Below are positions 47,725 through 58,318 of a stretch of DNA of 64,000 nucleotides, one piece after another; position 1 is the first letter of the stretch, and each line of letters opens with the position of its first letter. This stretch comes from an uncultured Lachnospiraceae bacterium. Its GTDB lineage: Bacteria; Bacillota; Clostridia; Lachnospirales; Lachnospiraceae. The translations under genes and the position numbers were made by a program. The notes under the pieces were generated by a model, which was given only the letters and a program-made list of their open reading frames with translations, was not told the DNA's origin and made no database searches. The stretch covers positions 35,640-99,639 of the forward strand of contig CAMOIJ010000001.1 of assembly GCA_946615865.1 (NCBI GenBank), read 5' to 3'.

Positions 47725-49218
47725 TTAAAGGCATGCAGCATAAGCTTTCAGAGTGCCGTCCTTGCGGATCTCGCCAAGGATTCTTGCGACCTCAGCCTCG
47801 AAGCCTTCGAACTTGGTGAGGTCTTCGCCCCACATCTGCTCGTTAGTCATGACCGCATGTGTCAGAGTCGCTGCATCGTCATCCTTGTGATCATAGTAGA
47901 ATTCCAGTACCCAGCGATCGTCGGAAATTGTGTAAGTTCTTCCCTGAGGATCCTTGCAGACAAGGCCCGCATCCGTCAGCTCCTGGATGTTGCTGGAATA
48001 GAACGCGATATAGGCCGCAAAGCTCGTCGTCAGGCATGCAGGAAGTTTGCCGTACTTCTCAACATACTCAGCGAAGCTCGGGAAGCATCTTGCTCTCCAC
48101 TTGGATGTGGAGTTGAGAGAGATGCTCATCAGCTCGTGGTTGACGAAGGGGTTATTGAATCTGTCCTGAACAGCCTGCGCGAAGTTCATCAGGTCATTCT
48201 TGTCCAAAGGCAGAGTCGGGATAACTTCGTCATAGAGCATCTTGTTCATGAAGCCGAGAACTGTTGCGTTCTCCATGCACTCACGCACAATGCTGAAGCC
48301 TGCAAGATATGCGCCCAGAACGAATCCTGTGTGCGCGCCGTTCAGGATGCGGACTTTCCTCTTCTTGTAAGGCGTTACATCCGGTACTACGATGCAGTTG
48401 ACGCCGGCTCTCTTGAAGGGGAGTTTCTCCTCCAGCCATGCCGGGCCTTCGATATTCCATACGCCGAAGACTTCGCCGACGACCAGCAGCGGATCTGAAT
48501 AGCCGTTGATCTCTTCGAGGCGGGCCACTTCTTCCGCGTCGCGGATGCGGCCGGGAACGATCCTGTCGACCAGGGTCGAGCAGAATGTGCAGTCCTCATT
48601 TACATATTTCTTGAAATCATCGCCGAGTTCCCACTGGTCGATGTACTGGTTCACGCATTTCTGAAGCTCTTTGCCGTTGTTGTCGATCAGCTCGCAGGAG
48701 AGGATCACAAGGCCGCCCTTGCCTGCCTTGAAGCGCTCGTAAAGCACCTGGGTAAGCTTGCCGGGGAAGGAGTTCGCGGGCTTGTCCTCGAACTTGCAGG
48801 AGGGATCATAGACAATTCCTGCCTCTGTCGTGTTGGATACGATGTACTCGAGATCGTCGGAGACTGCCAGCTCCATCATGGCCTTGAAGCCTTCCTCCTC
48901 ATAGGGGTTAAGGCATCTGGAGACAGAGGAGATAACTCTCTTCCTGTCGACCTTCTCGCCGTTCTCGCGGCCGCGCAGATACAGTGTGTAGAGGCCTTCC
49001 TGCTTGTTGATCATCTCAGCCAGGCCGGGCTTAATGGGCTGTACCAGGACACATTTGCCGTTCCAGTCAGCCTTCTCGTTAGAAACGTCAAACCAATAGT
49101 CTACGAACGCGCGGAGGAAGTTGCCTTCGCCGAACTGCATAACCTTCTCAGGAGCATCCTTGAGGATATATCCGTCATATCCGGATTTTTCCAGTACTTC
49201 ATAATTCAGAATTTCCAT
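47725..49218 (-). CDS. uxaB: tagaturonate reductase (altronate oxidoreductase)
   Basis: QFGEGNFLRAFVD, SNTTEAGI, CELIDNNG, LVDRIVPG, KVRILNGAHT, RFNNPF. Confidence 0.95.
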   Translation of the reverse strand: MEILNYEVLEKSGYDGYILKDAPEKVMQFGEGNFLRAFVDYWFDVSNEKADWNGKCVLVQPIKPGLAEMINKQEGLYTLYLRGRENGEKVDRKRVISSVSRCLNPYEEEGFKAMMELAVSDDLEYIVSNTTEAGIVYDPSCKFEDKPANSFPGKLTQVLYERFKAGKGGLVILSCELIDNNGKELQKCVNQYIDQWELGDDFKKYVNEDCTFCSTLVDRIVPGRIRDAEEVARLEEINGYSDPLLVVGEVFGVWNIEGPAWLEEKLPFKRAGVNCIVVPDVTPYKKRKVRILNGAHTGFVLGAYLAGFSIVRECMENATVLGFMNKMLYDEVIPTLPLDKNDLMNFAQAVQDRFNNPFVNHELMSISLNSTSKWRARCFPSFAEYVEKYGKLPACLTTSFAAYIAFYSSNIQELTDAGLVCKDPQGRTYTISDDRWVLEFYYDHKDDDAATLTHAVMTNEQMWGEDLTKFEGFEAEVARILGEIRKDGTLKAYAACL

Positions 49219-49310
49219 AATTAGTCTCTCCTTAAACATTAAACATTGATTAGTAAAACTATGGGTTGTCGGAGCATCCCCTTTTGATGCGTTTTTCCTT
49301 TAAACCTGGC

Positions 49311-50672
49311 TCAAATTGTTTTTTCGGAAATACGCATCCTTTTAAATAATTGTATTGCCTCGTCGAATCCAAGTCCAGCACAAAGTGGCTGATTTATAAA
49401 AACCGTGAAGATCTTCTTCTCATTTCTCTCCGCGATCCCCTCGGAGAGGAGGTCTATATTATCACTGTTCCTTCTCACCAGCGCGAGCGCTCCGGCAGGG
49501 AGCGGTTTCGATACGATGGGATCCACGAATCCATTGGTAAAGATACAGTTTGTCTCCACGATGCTGCCTTCCGGCAGGCCGGGCATCTGTCCCCGGTTAG
49601 GGAGGTTGACATTGGTGATCACTGTCTTAAGACCCATGATGCCGCGCAGCATATCGACGAGCGCCTCTCCTGAAGGTGCCAGCGGCACTTCCCGGCGGCC
49701 CTCTGCCATCTCAATGGATTCCCGGATCAGTCTGTCCTGATTGGCAATTCTCCAATCCACCGTGGTCAGACCGAAATGCCATTTCTTAACCGTTTCTCTG
49801 TCCTTCAGATACCAGCTGTTATCGACGAATTCCACCAGGTGACGGTCTCCTGCTGCCGCCAGCGCGCCGTATTTCTTCAAAAGATCCATCTTTACCCGGT
49901 TTCCGTAAGCAAAGGTGTCGCGCGTCCACTGGTCGGCCGGACCGTTCTCGTAATATCCCGTGTCAAAATAGCGATCCATAAACTCGGGCATGAGCTTCAT
50001 CAGATCAATATTTTGATATCGCGCCTCCGTGATCCACGTGAAATGATTGATGCCGGAGGCGTCCGTATAGATATCCTCTCTTTTGACCTCGATGCCTGTC
50101 AGTTCTTTCAGAACGCAGCATAAGAAGTCCTGCGTGTGGAATACTTCGTGGCAGCATCCGAAAGCCTTGATCTGCGGAAAACACCGGTACAGCGTCTTCA
50201 CACAGATGCTCATGGGATTGGTGAGATTGAGGACCCAGGCATCAGGACAGCATTTCCGGATCGCCTCGGCAAATCCCTCATAAACAGGAACAGTCCGCAG
50301 TGCACGGAAGACCCCACCAGGTCCCACAGTGTCACCCACGGACTGCAAAATACCGTATTCTTCCGGAGCATGTACATCCGTGTGCATCTGTGTAAAAGTA
50401 CCGGGAAGGATGGAAATGATCACGAAATCGGCGCCTGTGAGCGCTTCTTCCAGCGTTTCGGACACTGTATATCTGAAATCAGACAGCGCCTCTTCCTTCT
50501 CCTGTATCTTTGTGCCTATGATCTGATTCCGCTCTGCGGCGGGAACGTCAATATCATAGAGCGCAACTTCGCCGGCCAGATCCGGGGCCAGGGCAAGATC
50601 CTGCATAAAGGATCTCGCCCACGCCTTCGAACCGCCGCCGATATAAGCTATCTTTACACTTCGCCGGCTCAT
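49311..50672 (-). CDS. GH4 NAD+-dependent alpha-galacturonidase (LplD-like)
   Basis: KIAYIGGGS, QSVGDTVGPGG, N.TNPM, GCCHEV (CHEV motif of GH4 galacturonidases), GINHFTW. Confidence 0.88.
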   Translation of the reverse strand: MSRRSVKIAYIGGGSKAWARSFMQDLALAPDLAGEVALYDIDVPAAERNQIIGTKIQEKEEALSDFRYTVSETLEEALTGADFVIISILPGTFTQMHTDVHAPEEYGILQSVGDTVGPGGVFRALRTVPVYEGFAEAIRKCCPDAWVLNLTNPMSICVKTLYRCFPQIKAFGCCHEVFHTQDFLCCVLKELTGIEVKREDIYTDASGINHFTWITEARYQNIDLMKLMPEFMDRYFDTGYYENGPADQWTRDTFAYGNRVKMDLLKKYGALAAAGDRHLVEFVDNSWYLKDRETVKKWHFGLTTVDWRIANQDRLIRESIEMAEGRREVPLAPSGEALVDMLRGIMGLKTVITNVNLPNRGQMPGLPEGSIVETNCIFTNGFVDPIVSKPLPAGALALVRRNSDNIDLLSEGIAERNEKKIFTVFINQPLCAGLGFDEAIQLFKRMRISEKTI

Positions 50673-50703
50673 ACTCTACTCCATAACTCTTTTACAAAAA
50701 TGA

Positions 50704-51504
50704 TCAGCCGGGCTGCTTGCCGATGTAAGCAAGGATGCCGCCGTCAACGTAAAGGATGTGGCCGTTTACGAAATTGGAGGCGTCGGAAGCCAGGAATACT
50801 GCAGGGCCCTGCAGATCTTCCGCTGTGCCCCAGCGACCTGCGGGAGTCTTGGCAATGATAAACTGATCGAAAGGATGTCTGGATCCGTCAGGCTGTCTCT
50901 CACGAAGAGGAGCAGTCTGAGGAGTTGCGATGTAGCCGGGGCCAATGCCGTTGCACTGGATGTTGTGCTCACCGTACTCGGAGCAGATATTTCTGGTCAG
51001 CATTTTGAGTCCGCCCTTAGCTGCCGCGTAAGCGGAAACGGTCTCTCTGCCCAGCTCACTCATCATGGAGCAGATGTTGATGATCTTGCCGTGGCCCTTC
51101 TTGATCATGCCCGGAATAACAGCCTTGGACATGATGAAAGGAGCGTTCAGGTCGACGTCGATAACAGCACGGAAATCAGCTGCGGACATCTCGCACATAG
51201 GGATCCTCTTGATGATGCCTGCGTTGTTGACAAGGATGTCAACGCCGCCGAGCTTCTCCTCGATATCGGCGATCATAGCCTGGACTTCATCTTCCTTTGT
51301 TACGTCTGCCACATAGCCTAATGCGTCAATGCCTTTCTCGGCATAAGAAGCAAGAGCTTTTTCCTTTGCATCTTCACTGAGGCAGTTGAAAACGATCTTG
51401 GCGCCCGCTGCTGCATAAGCCTCTGCAATGGCAAATCCGATACCATAGACAGCGCCTGTGATCAGCGCCACTTTGCCGTCAAGACGGAAATCTTTCATAT
51501 CCAT
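50704..51504 (-). CDS. kduD: SDR: 2-keto-3-deoxygluconate/gluconate 5-dehydrogenase (KduD function)
   Basis: TGA.YGIG, NNAGIIKR, YAAAKGGLKMLT, GPGYIATPQT; directly downstream of kduI. Confidence 0.85.
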   Translation of the reverse strand: MDMKDFRLDGKVALITGAVYGIGFAIAEAYAAAGAKIVFNCLSEDAKEKALASYAEKGIDALGYVADVTKEDEVQAMIADIEEKLGGVDILVNNAGIIKRIPMCEMSAADFRAVIDVDLNAPFIMSKAVIPGMIKKGHGKIINICSMMSELGRETVSAYAAAKGGLKMLTRNICSEYGEHNIQCNGIGPGYIATPQTAPLRERQPDGSRHPFDQFIIAKTPAGRWGTAEDLQGPAVFLASDASNFVNGHILYVDGGILAYIGKQPG

Positions 51505-51560
51505 AGTAAATCCTCCTTTTCCAGGGTCCTGCCGCAGAACCCTGTCCTTTGTAAGTTGCT

Positions 51561-52403
51561 TTATCTCAATTCGTTGGGCTTGAGATTGTCCATGTCGTCA
51601 AATGCCTGGTTTTCTCCTCCCATTGCCCAGATAAAGGTGTAGTTGGAGGTGCCGCATCCGCTGTGGATCGACCAGGAAGGTGAGATGACCGCCTCGTAGT
51701 TCTGCATGACAATGTTCCTGGTCTGCTGAGGCTGTCCCATGAAGTGCATTACCGCTTCGTTCTCAGGAATCTCAAAATATGTATAAACTTCCATTCTTCT
51801 CTCGTGCGTGTGGCTGGGCATTGTATTCCAGACACTGCCGGGAGCCAGCTGGGTAAGGCCCATGGAAAGCTGGCATGTCTCCAGCACATCGGGATGGATG
51901 AACTGGTTGATCACTCTCTTGTTGGCGTTCTTCTCATCGCCGCAGGGACGGTGGTTTGCCTTGTCAAAAGAGAGGAATGTCGTCTTGCACGCCTTGTGTG
52001 CGGGATAAGACGCGAGATAGAAACGGGCAGGATCTGCTCCGTCAATACTTCCGAAATACACCTCTTTCACGCCTTTAGTGATATAGAGGCAGTCCTCATA
52101 TCCCATATCATAGCGCACGCCGTCCGCCACGATATATCCCTTGCCGCCGATATTGAACACTCCGGCTTCACGGCGCTCAAGGAAATACTCTGTTCCGAAG
52201 TTGTGCCAGATGTCGATTCCCTTGTCGATCGAAACTTCTTCGCTGACAGGCATGATTCCCAGGATCACCACGCGGTCCACGTGAGAATATGTTGCCTTTA
52301 CAGTATCCGGTACATACAGATCTGTGATCAGGAATTCATCACGAAGTTCCTCTGTTGTGTACCTTTTTACATCGTTCGGACTTGCTGAATAACGAATGTC
52401 CAT
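51561..52403 (-). CDS. kduI: 5-dehydro-4-deoxy-D-glucuronate isomerase
   Basis: YSHVDR, FLERRE.G, GSVWNTMP.HTHERRMEVY, SPSWSIHSG.GT.NYTFIWAM.GEN. Confidence 0.96.
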   Translation of the reverse strand: MDIRYSASPNDVKRYTTEELRDEFLITDLYVPDTVKATYSHVDRVVILGIMPVSEEVSIDKGIDIWHNFGTEYFLERREAGVFNIGGKGYIVADGVRYDMGYEDCLYITKGVKEVYFGSIDGADPARFYLASYPAHKACKTTFLSFDKANHRPCGDEKNANKRVINQFIHPDVLETCQLSMGLTQLAPGSVWNTMPSHTHERRMEVYTYFEIPENEAVMHFMGQPQQTRNIVMQNYEAVISPSWSIHSGCGTSNYTFIWAMGGENQAFDDMDNLKPNELR

Positions 52404-52422
52404 AATTCCTCCTAAGCTCTGA

Positions 52423-53502
52423 TTACTTGATCACCATCTCTGTCTCTCCGTCGAAGAGATATACGCTTTCCACAGGAATAGAGAATGTGATCTGCTCGTC
52501 GATTTCCGGTGTGTCGTGAGGGTCGACCTTAAGGATCGCCTTGTCCTCGCCTGCCGTCACATAGACGTTGGTATTATCGCCGAGCATCTCTGTAAGCTCT
52601 ACCATGGAGGTCAGCTGATAAGCGCCGTCAATCTTGCCGAGCTCAATATGCTCAGGACGGAACGCGAATACGATGGGCTTTCCTTCGTAATCCTTGATCT
52701 TGCTGCCAAGTTTCCTGGAAAGGTCGAGCTCGTTGTCACCGAACTTGATCCTGCCGCCGGTAACCGTGCCGCGGATGAAGTTCATCGGAGGCTCGCCGAT
52801 GAATCCGGCGACGAAAACATTTACCGGATCATAATACAGCTCATAGGGAGTACCGATCTGCTGCACATAACCGTCCTTCATAACTACGATCCTGTCAGCC
52901 AGAGTCATAGCCTCTGTCTGATCATGCGTGACATAGATGGTCGTAGCTCCGGTGGATTTGTGGATCTGCGCGATCTCGGAACGCATCGTGACACGCTGCT
53001 TCGCGTCCAGGTTGGAGAGCGGCTCGTCCATCAAAAAGACGCCGACCTTTCTGATGAGGGCGCGGCCGATGGCAACACGCTGTCTCTGGCCGCCCGAAAG
53101 AGCTCTGGGAAGACGGTCAAGATAGTCTGTCAGGCCCAGGATCGCGGCGGTATGATTAACCTTCTCTTCGATGACATCTTCATCGACGCCCTGGAGCGTC
53201 AGGCCAAATGCAATATTGTCAAAGACCGTCATCTGCGGATACAGAGCGTAACTCTGGAATACCATCGCCACCTCTCTCTGTCTGGGGCCCCACTCATTGG
53301 CTCTGTTCCCGTTGATCAGGAAATCGCCGTTGGAAATGTCCTCAAGGCCTGCGATCATTCGAAGCGTCGTGGATTTACCGCATCCGGAAGGTCCGACGAA
53401 AACGATAAACTCGCCCTTCTCAATATCAAGGTTGAAATTGTGAACGGCGTGGTATCCATTCGGATAGATCTTGTTGATGTTCTTCAGCGTTAAATATGCC
53501 AT
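52423..53502 (-). CDS. MalK/MsmX-type ABC ATPase (second copy)
   Basis: GPSGCGKST, LSGGQRQR, DEPLSNLDAK, VTHDQ, C-terminal TOBE region. Confidence 0.93.
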   Translation of the reverse strand: MAYLTLKNINKIYPNGYHAVHNFNLDIEKGEFIVFVGPSGCGKSTTLRMIAGLEDISNGDFLINGNRANEWGPRQREVAMVFQSYALYPQMTVFDNIAFGLTLQGVDEDVIEEKVNHTAAILGLTDYLDRLPRALSGGQRQRVAIGRALIRKVGVFLMDEPLSNLDAKQRVTMRSEIAQIHKSTGATTIYVTHDQTEAMTLADRIVVMKDGYVQQIGTPYELYYDPVNVFVAGFIGEPPMNFIRGTVTGGRIKFGDNELDLSRKLGSKIKDYEGKPIVFAFRPEHIELGKIDGAYQLTSMVELTEMLGDNTNVYVTAGEDKAILKVDPHDTPEIDEQITFSIPVESVYLFDGETEMVIK

Positions 53503-53554
53503 TTTACTGCCTCCTCACACATTGATGGCTTCGTTCGCCCCTGTCTGCTGCCGC

Positions 53555-54337
53555 CTACAAAATGATCTTTGTACTGTCAGAATCCGATGTGGGCGGTTCC
53601 AGATTGTCAGGTGTGTAGTTTTTCGGCGAGACGCCGTATTTCTTTTTAAACAGACGGGAAAAATACAGGGGCTCCTGAAACCCGCTCTGCCTTGCGATCT
53701 GTGAGATGCTGGATCCGCAGCCGGAAAGCGCCAGATTGTTGGCCGCGTTTTCCAGTCTCTTATCTGTGAGAAACTGCCTGGGAGTCATTCCCACTTCATT
53801 CTTGAACATCTTCTTGAGATACTCAAAACTGAAAGGCATACTCTGCAGATATGCGTTCAGGTCGTAATCCGCATCGGGATAGTTTTTTAAAATGTCGTTT
53901 ATGACCTGCTGGACCACATCGCTGTGGGCGATGTCCGAAGCGAGCATGAGCGCCGTAGAGGCGATCAGCTGGCCATAAACCGGGAGCAGCGTTGTTCTGC
54001 CGATTCCGTTATTTGAATAGTAATAGAATGCCGCCTCAAACGCCTGTCTGAGAAAAGCATTGGAGGTACAGGATAAAATGATCGGTTCCCTGAAATTGAG
54101 GGTCGAATCCACGATGTTAACATGAATGTTTGTAAATCCCGAATCGCTCCAATTCGAATGAGTGACCATGGGCGGGATAATAACAATACTATCGTTATAG
54201 TAGGTAAAAGTCCTGTCCTCGAAACTGATCTGGCCTTTACCACTCGTGCAATATATTAATTCCCAGCTCTCATGCGCATGATCAGACACACGCAGCGTCA
54301 GCGCATGCCTTCCCACATAAATGATGTCATTCATCAA
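53555..54337 (-). CDS. AraC family transcriptional regulator
   Basis: N-terminal cupin HAHESWELIY...G; C-terminal IA..SGF.EPLYFSRLFKKKYGVSP. Confidence 0.92.
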   Translation of the reverse strand: MMNDIIYVGRHALTLRVSDHAHESWELIYCTSGKGQISFEDRTFTYYNDSIVIIPPMVTHSNWSDSGFTNIHVNIVDSTLNFREPIILSCTSNAFLRQAFEAAFYYYSNNGIGRTTLLPVYGQLIASTALMLASDIAHSDVVQQVINDILKNYPDADYDLNAYLQSMPFSFEYLKKMFKNEVGMTPRQFLTDKRLENAANNLALSGCGSSISQIARQSGFQEPLYFSRLFKKKYGVSPKNYTPDNLEPPTSDSDSTKIIL

Positions 54338-55473
54338 TCAGTTCCCTTTTTCCTTTTAATCTCCGTGTAAGCCAGGACAAAAGGCGCCACTCCTTTTGCG
54401 TCGTTCTCTACAACAGGTTCAGAGATATAATAAGCATAGGAACCGTCTCTGCGTCTGTTGTTCTCAGGTCCAAGTCCCGCCACAAGGCAGATCCCGCCGA
54501 GATTGAGTCCCGTATCGGTAAATGTCAGGTAGCGGTCGATGATTCCGTTAAAAGTCTTCTCTCCCTGCTCGGCGAATCTCTCCGGCAGGATTCCCAGCCT
54601 TGCGCCCTTAAGCATGGCGTATGCCATCATCGCGCTGCCGCTGGTCTCAAGATAGTTGCCTTCCCGTCCCGGCATATCCGGCACCTGCCAGTACAGCCCG
54701 GTCTCCGGGTCGGCGTATTCGATCATGTGCTCCATGAGCTCTTTGAAGATTCCGGTCAGCTCATCTCTGCTCTCTCCCTCGGGCAGAATGTCCGCAAGAT
54801 CCGCAAGAGCTACCGCAAACCATCCAAGAGAGCGAAGCCAGAAGTTCTGTGAACAGCCCGTCTCCGGATCTGCCCAGAAAGCTTTCTTCGAGGCGTCATA
54901 GCCGTGGAAGTAAAGTCCCTTCTCCTTAGAGCGCATTCTCAGATACACTGTTTTAATCTGCTTAACTATATCGGAGAAGTCTCCGTCTCCGAAGTTCTTC
55001 ACATACAGTGCGTAAAAGGGCTGTGCCATATAGATGCCGTCGAGCCACACCTGATCGGGATAAATGGCTTTATGCCAGAAGTTTCCTTCCCAGGTCCTGG
55101 GCTGTGCTTTGACCTGCTCCATGAGGCGGTCCGCCGCGAGACGGTACTTCTCGGTTCCCGTCTTTTTATAGAGCTCAAACAGCACTCTTCCCTCGTTGAT
55201 ATCGTCAAGATTTGCTTTCTCGGGTTTCAGAGTCAGAATGTTGCCGTCTTCCTGCACAAAATGATCGATGACCTTTTCCGCGAAAGCAGCATATCTCTCA
55301 TCTCCCGTGATGGAAGTCATTTCCATAAGTGCCGTCAGCATGCAGCCGTCAATATAGTTCCATTCCACCTTCTTGCCTTCCCGGATCTTCTCCAGATTCC
55401 AGGCGGTGCGCTCAGGCGTGGACTCCTCTATCAGGCGCAGCACATAGGCATCGATTCTGCTGTAATCTGTCAT
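54334..55473 (-). CDS. GH105 unsaturated (rhamno)galacturonyl hydrolase
   Basis: WNYIDG, NLDDINEG, FWHK.IYP.QVWLDGIYM, FW.RSLGW, NYLETSGS, ENDAKG; no signal peptide. Confidence 0.93.
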   Translation of the reverse strand: MTDYSRIDAYVLRLIEESTPERTAWNLEKIREGKKVEWNYIDGCMLTALMEMTSITGDERYAAFAEKVIDHFVQEDGNILTLKPEKANLDDINEGRVLFELYKKTGTEKYRLAADRLMEQVKAQPRTWEGNFWHKAIYPDQVWLDGIYMAQPFYALYVKNFGDGDFSDIVKQIKTVYLRMRSKEKGLYFHGYDASKKAFWADPETGCSQNFWLRSLGWFAVALADLADILPEGESRDELTGIFKELMEHMIEYADPETGLYWQVPDMPGREGNYLETSGSAMMAYAMLKGARLGILPERFAEQGEKTFNGIIDRYLTFTDTGLNLGGICLVAGLGPENNRRRDGSYAYYISEPVVENDAKGVAPFVLAYTEIKRKKGTD

Positions 55474-57035
55474 TCCTGATCAAATCCTTCCGTAATTAAC
55501 TTTTCATAGTGATCCGCGATGACCATCTCGCCGTCCTGGCCCTTCATCTTCACGTTCCGGATCTCAATCTCCTTGACGTTGTCCAGATACAGGCCCAGTT
55601 TGCATCTCTCCTTGGCAAAATTCTGCATCGCCGGAACATGCGGCTGCGCGTTCTCAGCAAAAGAGATGGAAATGTTTTCCAGGATCACCTTGTCAATAGG
55701 GCTCTCCGGCAGACCGTCAATATAGCAGGCCGCCGCCTCTGCGTCCGTGCACTCCATATTGCGGAAACAGAAAGTTCCCATATGAGGCGTGCGGTCATCC
55801 ACGGGCAGGTGTTCTCTCGACCACACATATTCCGTGAATCTGTCAGGATCGCAGCAGTTATACCACAAGTTGATGACGATGGGCGTGAGCACACCGTCCA
55901 TGCGGATATTATCAAACTCGACATTTGTTATGATACTGTCTTTTCCTCTGCCCCTGCGGCTCTTGATGCGCAGTCCGCGGTCTGTGGCGTGGAAGAGGCA
56001 CTTCGTTACACTCACGTTGCGGATTCCGCCCGCCAGCTCGCTTCCCAGCGTCAGCGCTCCGTGTCCGAAATCCATCAGACAGTTGCGGATCGTGTGGTGA
56101 TCAGCCGGTGTCTTGTATTTGCGGGCCATCTCTATTTTGCCCGATTTGATAGCGATGCAATCATCTCCCACCGAGAAACGGCATCCGATGATCTCGACCT
56201 GATCACAGCTCTCGGGGTCGATCGCGTCGGTATTGGGGCTGTTCTTGGGAGCCTCAATGTACATGTCATACATACCGATGTTCTTCGAGAAGAACGGGTG
56301 CATATGCCAAGACGCACTGTTCGCGACTGTAACCCCGTGGAATGTGACGTCTTCACAGCGATTGAGGAAAACGGCTCTGGGGCGCATAGCGGGAAAGTTT
56401 TCAAACTCTTTCCACCAGTCGCCGTTCTGTCCGTTTCCGTCGATCCTGCCAAGTCCAACCACGGTAATGTCCCGTGCGTAAGCGCCGTGCAGAAGGGACA
56501 TATAGGCCGGAACCTCATTTCCCTCAAAGGAGGAGAGCGGCGTTTCCTGTCCTGTGAAAGGATCTCTGGCAACCTCTGCCAAAATAGGGTAGCGCTCTCT
56601 TTCCGTGGATCCCAGAAGGACCGCTTTCTCGCTCAGTTCCAGTGTGATGTGGCTTCTAAGCGCGATCGGAAGTGTGAGATAAGTTCCGGCAGGGAAATAG
56701 ATCCTGCCGCCCTCAGGCACGAAATTCACAGCCGCCTGTATGGCTGCCGTGTCCTCATGAACGCCGTCGCCGACTGCGCCGAAATCTTTGACGCTGACAC
56801 AGCATGTCTCCGTGCGGGTCTTGAAAGAAATCTCTTCCTTGATTCCCTGATACTCGACAGCAGCGGTGTACTCCGTATCCGGCGTCAGCTCGAAAAGAGA
56901 GAATACATTCGTGTTCCTTCGCAGAATAGGTCTTCCGCCCATGGAAACGGTATATTCCTCAGGTGCGTAATAGGGGTTGTCATTCTGCAGCTCCATGCAT
57001 ACGGAACTGCTTCCCAGATAAAGGATCTTTATCAT
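55470..57035 (-). CDS. GH28 polygalacturonase (cytoplasmic, likely exo-acting)
   Basis: FGAVGDG, PNTD, GDDCIAIKSG, GHG...GSE, RIK motifs; no signal peptide. Confidence 0.93.
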   Translation of the reverse strand: MIKILYLGSSSVCMELQNDNPYYAPEEYTVSMGGRPILRRNTNVFSLFELTPDTEYTAAVEYQGIKEEISFKTRTETCCVSVKDFGAVGDGVHEDTAAIQAAVNFVPEGGRIYFPAGTYLTLPIALRSHITLELSEKAVLLGSTERERYPILAEVARDPFTGQETPLSSFEGNEVPAYMSLLHGAYARDITVVGLGRIDGNGQNGDWWKEFENFPAMRPRAVFLNRCEDVTFHGVTVANSASWHMHPFFSKNIGMYDMYIEAPKNSPNTDAIDPESCDQVEIIGCRFSVGDDCIAIKSGKIEMARKYKTPADHHTIRNCLMDFGHGALTLGSELAGGIRNVSVTKCLFHATDRGLRIKSRRGRGKDSIITNVEFDNIRMDGVLTPIVINLWYNCCDPDRFTEYVWSREHLPVDDRTPHMGTFCFRNMECTDAEAAACYIDGLPESPIDKVILENISISFAENAQPHVPAMQNFAKERCKLGLYLDNVKEIEIRNVKMKGQDGEMVIADHYEKLITEGFDQE

Positions 57036-57046
57036 AACAAAACCTC

Positions 57047-57682
57047 TTAATTTACTTTTTGTGCTTTCCTTACAATATCTGTAATTGTATGTTTGCATTT
57101 GATCAGCAGCTGGTCTACCCCGAGGTAGAAGAGCCCGAACATGATCGGTCCCACGCCAAGGGGGATCGTGTCCGTGTTGCCGGTGATCCGGGTCACAGTA
57201 AAATTGATGACCGCATAAATACTGTAGACGAAGAAAAGCACCACAAACGCATAAAGTATGTTCAAAAAGAAGCTTAAGTAACCGCGATGTGTGACCATGA
57301 TGTAGCGGTCATCGCCTCCCGGCGTTGCCTCAAAGAACCTGATCGCGTTGTTGGTCAGAAGATCCGTTACGATCCCCATGGCGATGCCCGTCACGAAGAG
57401 CGTATCCAGCATATCTGCCATGTATCCGCTCAGGCCCCATATAAAGAAGAAGCACACCGCTCCCGCGAACCAGAATTTCAGGATAAGTATTTTGACTCCG
57501 TCCGCAAGTTTGATCTTGGGACCGGACCGGTATTTGTTAAGCTCCTCCTCGCTGACTTCCGGGGAGTTGCTCTCATCCGCTTCCACCAGATCCTTTACCG
57601 CCTGTGTCTTGAGCCTGTAATACCCTGCCTCTTTGGTAACATCCGGTTTACGGTTCTGTCTTTTGCCAGTTTTCTTACTCAT
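57047..57682 (-). CDS. hypothetical membrane protein (soluble N-terminus + ~4 TM)
   Basis: in operon orientation; hydrophobic helices after KFWFAGAVCFF. Confidence 0.75.
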   Translation of the reverse strand: MSKKTGKRQNRKPDVTKEAGYYRLKTQAVKDLVEADESNSPEVSEEELNKYRSGPKIKLADGVKILILKFWFAGAVCFFFIWGLSGYMADMLDTLFVTGIAMGIVTDLLTNNAIRFFEATPGGDDRYIMVTHRGYLSFFLNILYAFVVLFFVYSIYAVINFTVTRITGNTDTIPLGVGPIMFGLFYLGVDQLLIKCKHTITDIVRKAQKVN

Positions 57683-57748
57683 ACTCTCTGCTCTAAATCG
57701 GGCAGAAGCACCGGCCGGAGCCGGACGCTTCCGCCCCAAAGGATTGGA

Positions 57749-58318
57749 TCATGCTTCTCCGGTAAGATCGATCGCACCCATCTCGCCGTTGTCCTCGACC
57801 TCGATCGAAGTCTTGATCTTGCGGATCATCTTGCTGTAAACAGGAAGCAGGACGATCAGCGCGATAGTGATGCACATCAGCATAATATGGATTCTCAGAT
57901 ACCATTCCGCATATGCAATGTAGATCGTAGCTACTGTGACCACGATCGGGTTGTCCGGGCGGTAAACAGCGCTGTAGATCTGCTGCAGATACAGATAGTC
58001 GGCACCGATAATGATCGCGAACATGATGAACATAAGGACGATCATCGGTACATTGGGCTTTTTGCGATAAGGAAACGCATTGATAAAGCACATGAAGGAC
58101 AGCATGGAGAACAGCATTACGCAGAATCCGCACAGTCCCATTCCGGTTCCCTGGATCTTAGCCGTCGTATCGGAAATATACATCAGGTTAAGCGCATAGA
58201 ACAGGAAAGTGATTACCAGTGATGTCAGCGCGATATTCTGTGGTTTGCGCTTGAGCGCCACCAGGAATTTGCGCCAGAGTTCGCTCAGTCCGCGGGGTTG
58301 TTTCTTTTCCATCTTCAC
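57749..58318 (-). CDS. hypothetical 4-TM membrane protein
   Basis: GTGA overlap with ATPase stop, AGAGGAGG RBS, four hydrophobic segments. Confidence 0.8.
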   Translation of the reverse strand: MKMEKKQPRGLSELWRKFLVALKRKPQNIALTSLVITFLFYALNLMYISDTTAKIQGTGMGLCGFCVMLFSMLSFMCFINAFPYRKKPNVPMIVLMFIMFAIIIGADYLYLQQIYSAVYRPDNPIVVTVATIYIAYAEWYLRIHIMLMCITIALIVLLPVYSKMIRKIKTSIEVEDNGEMGAIDLTGEA

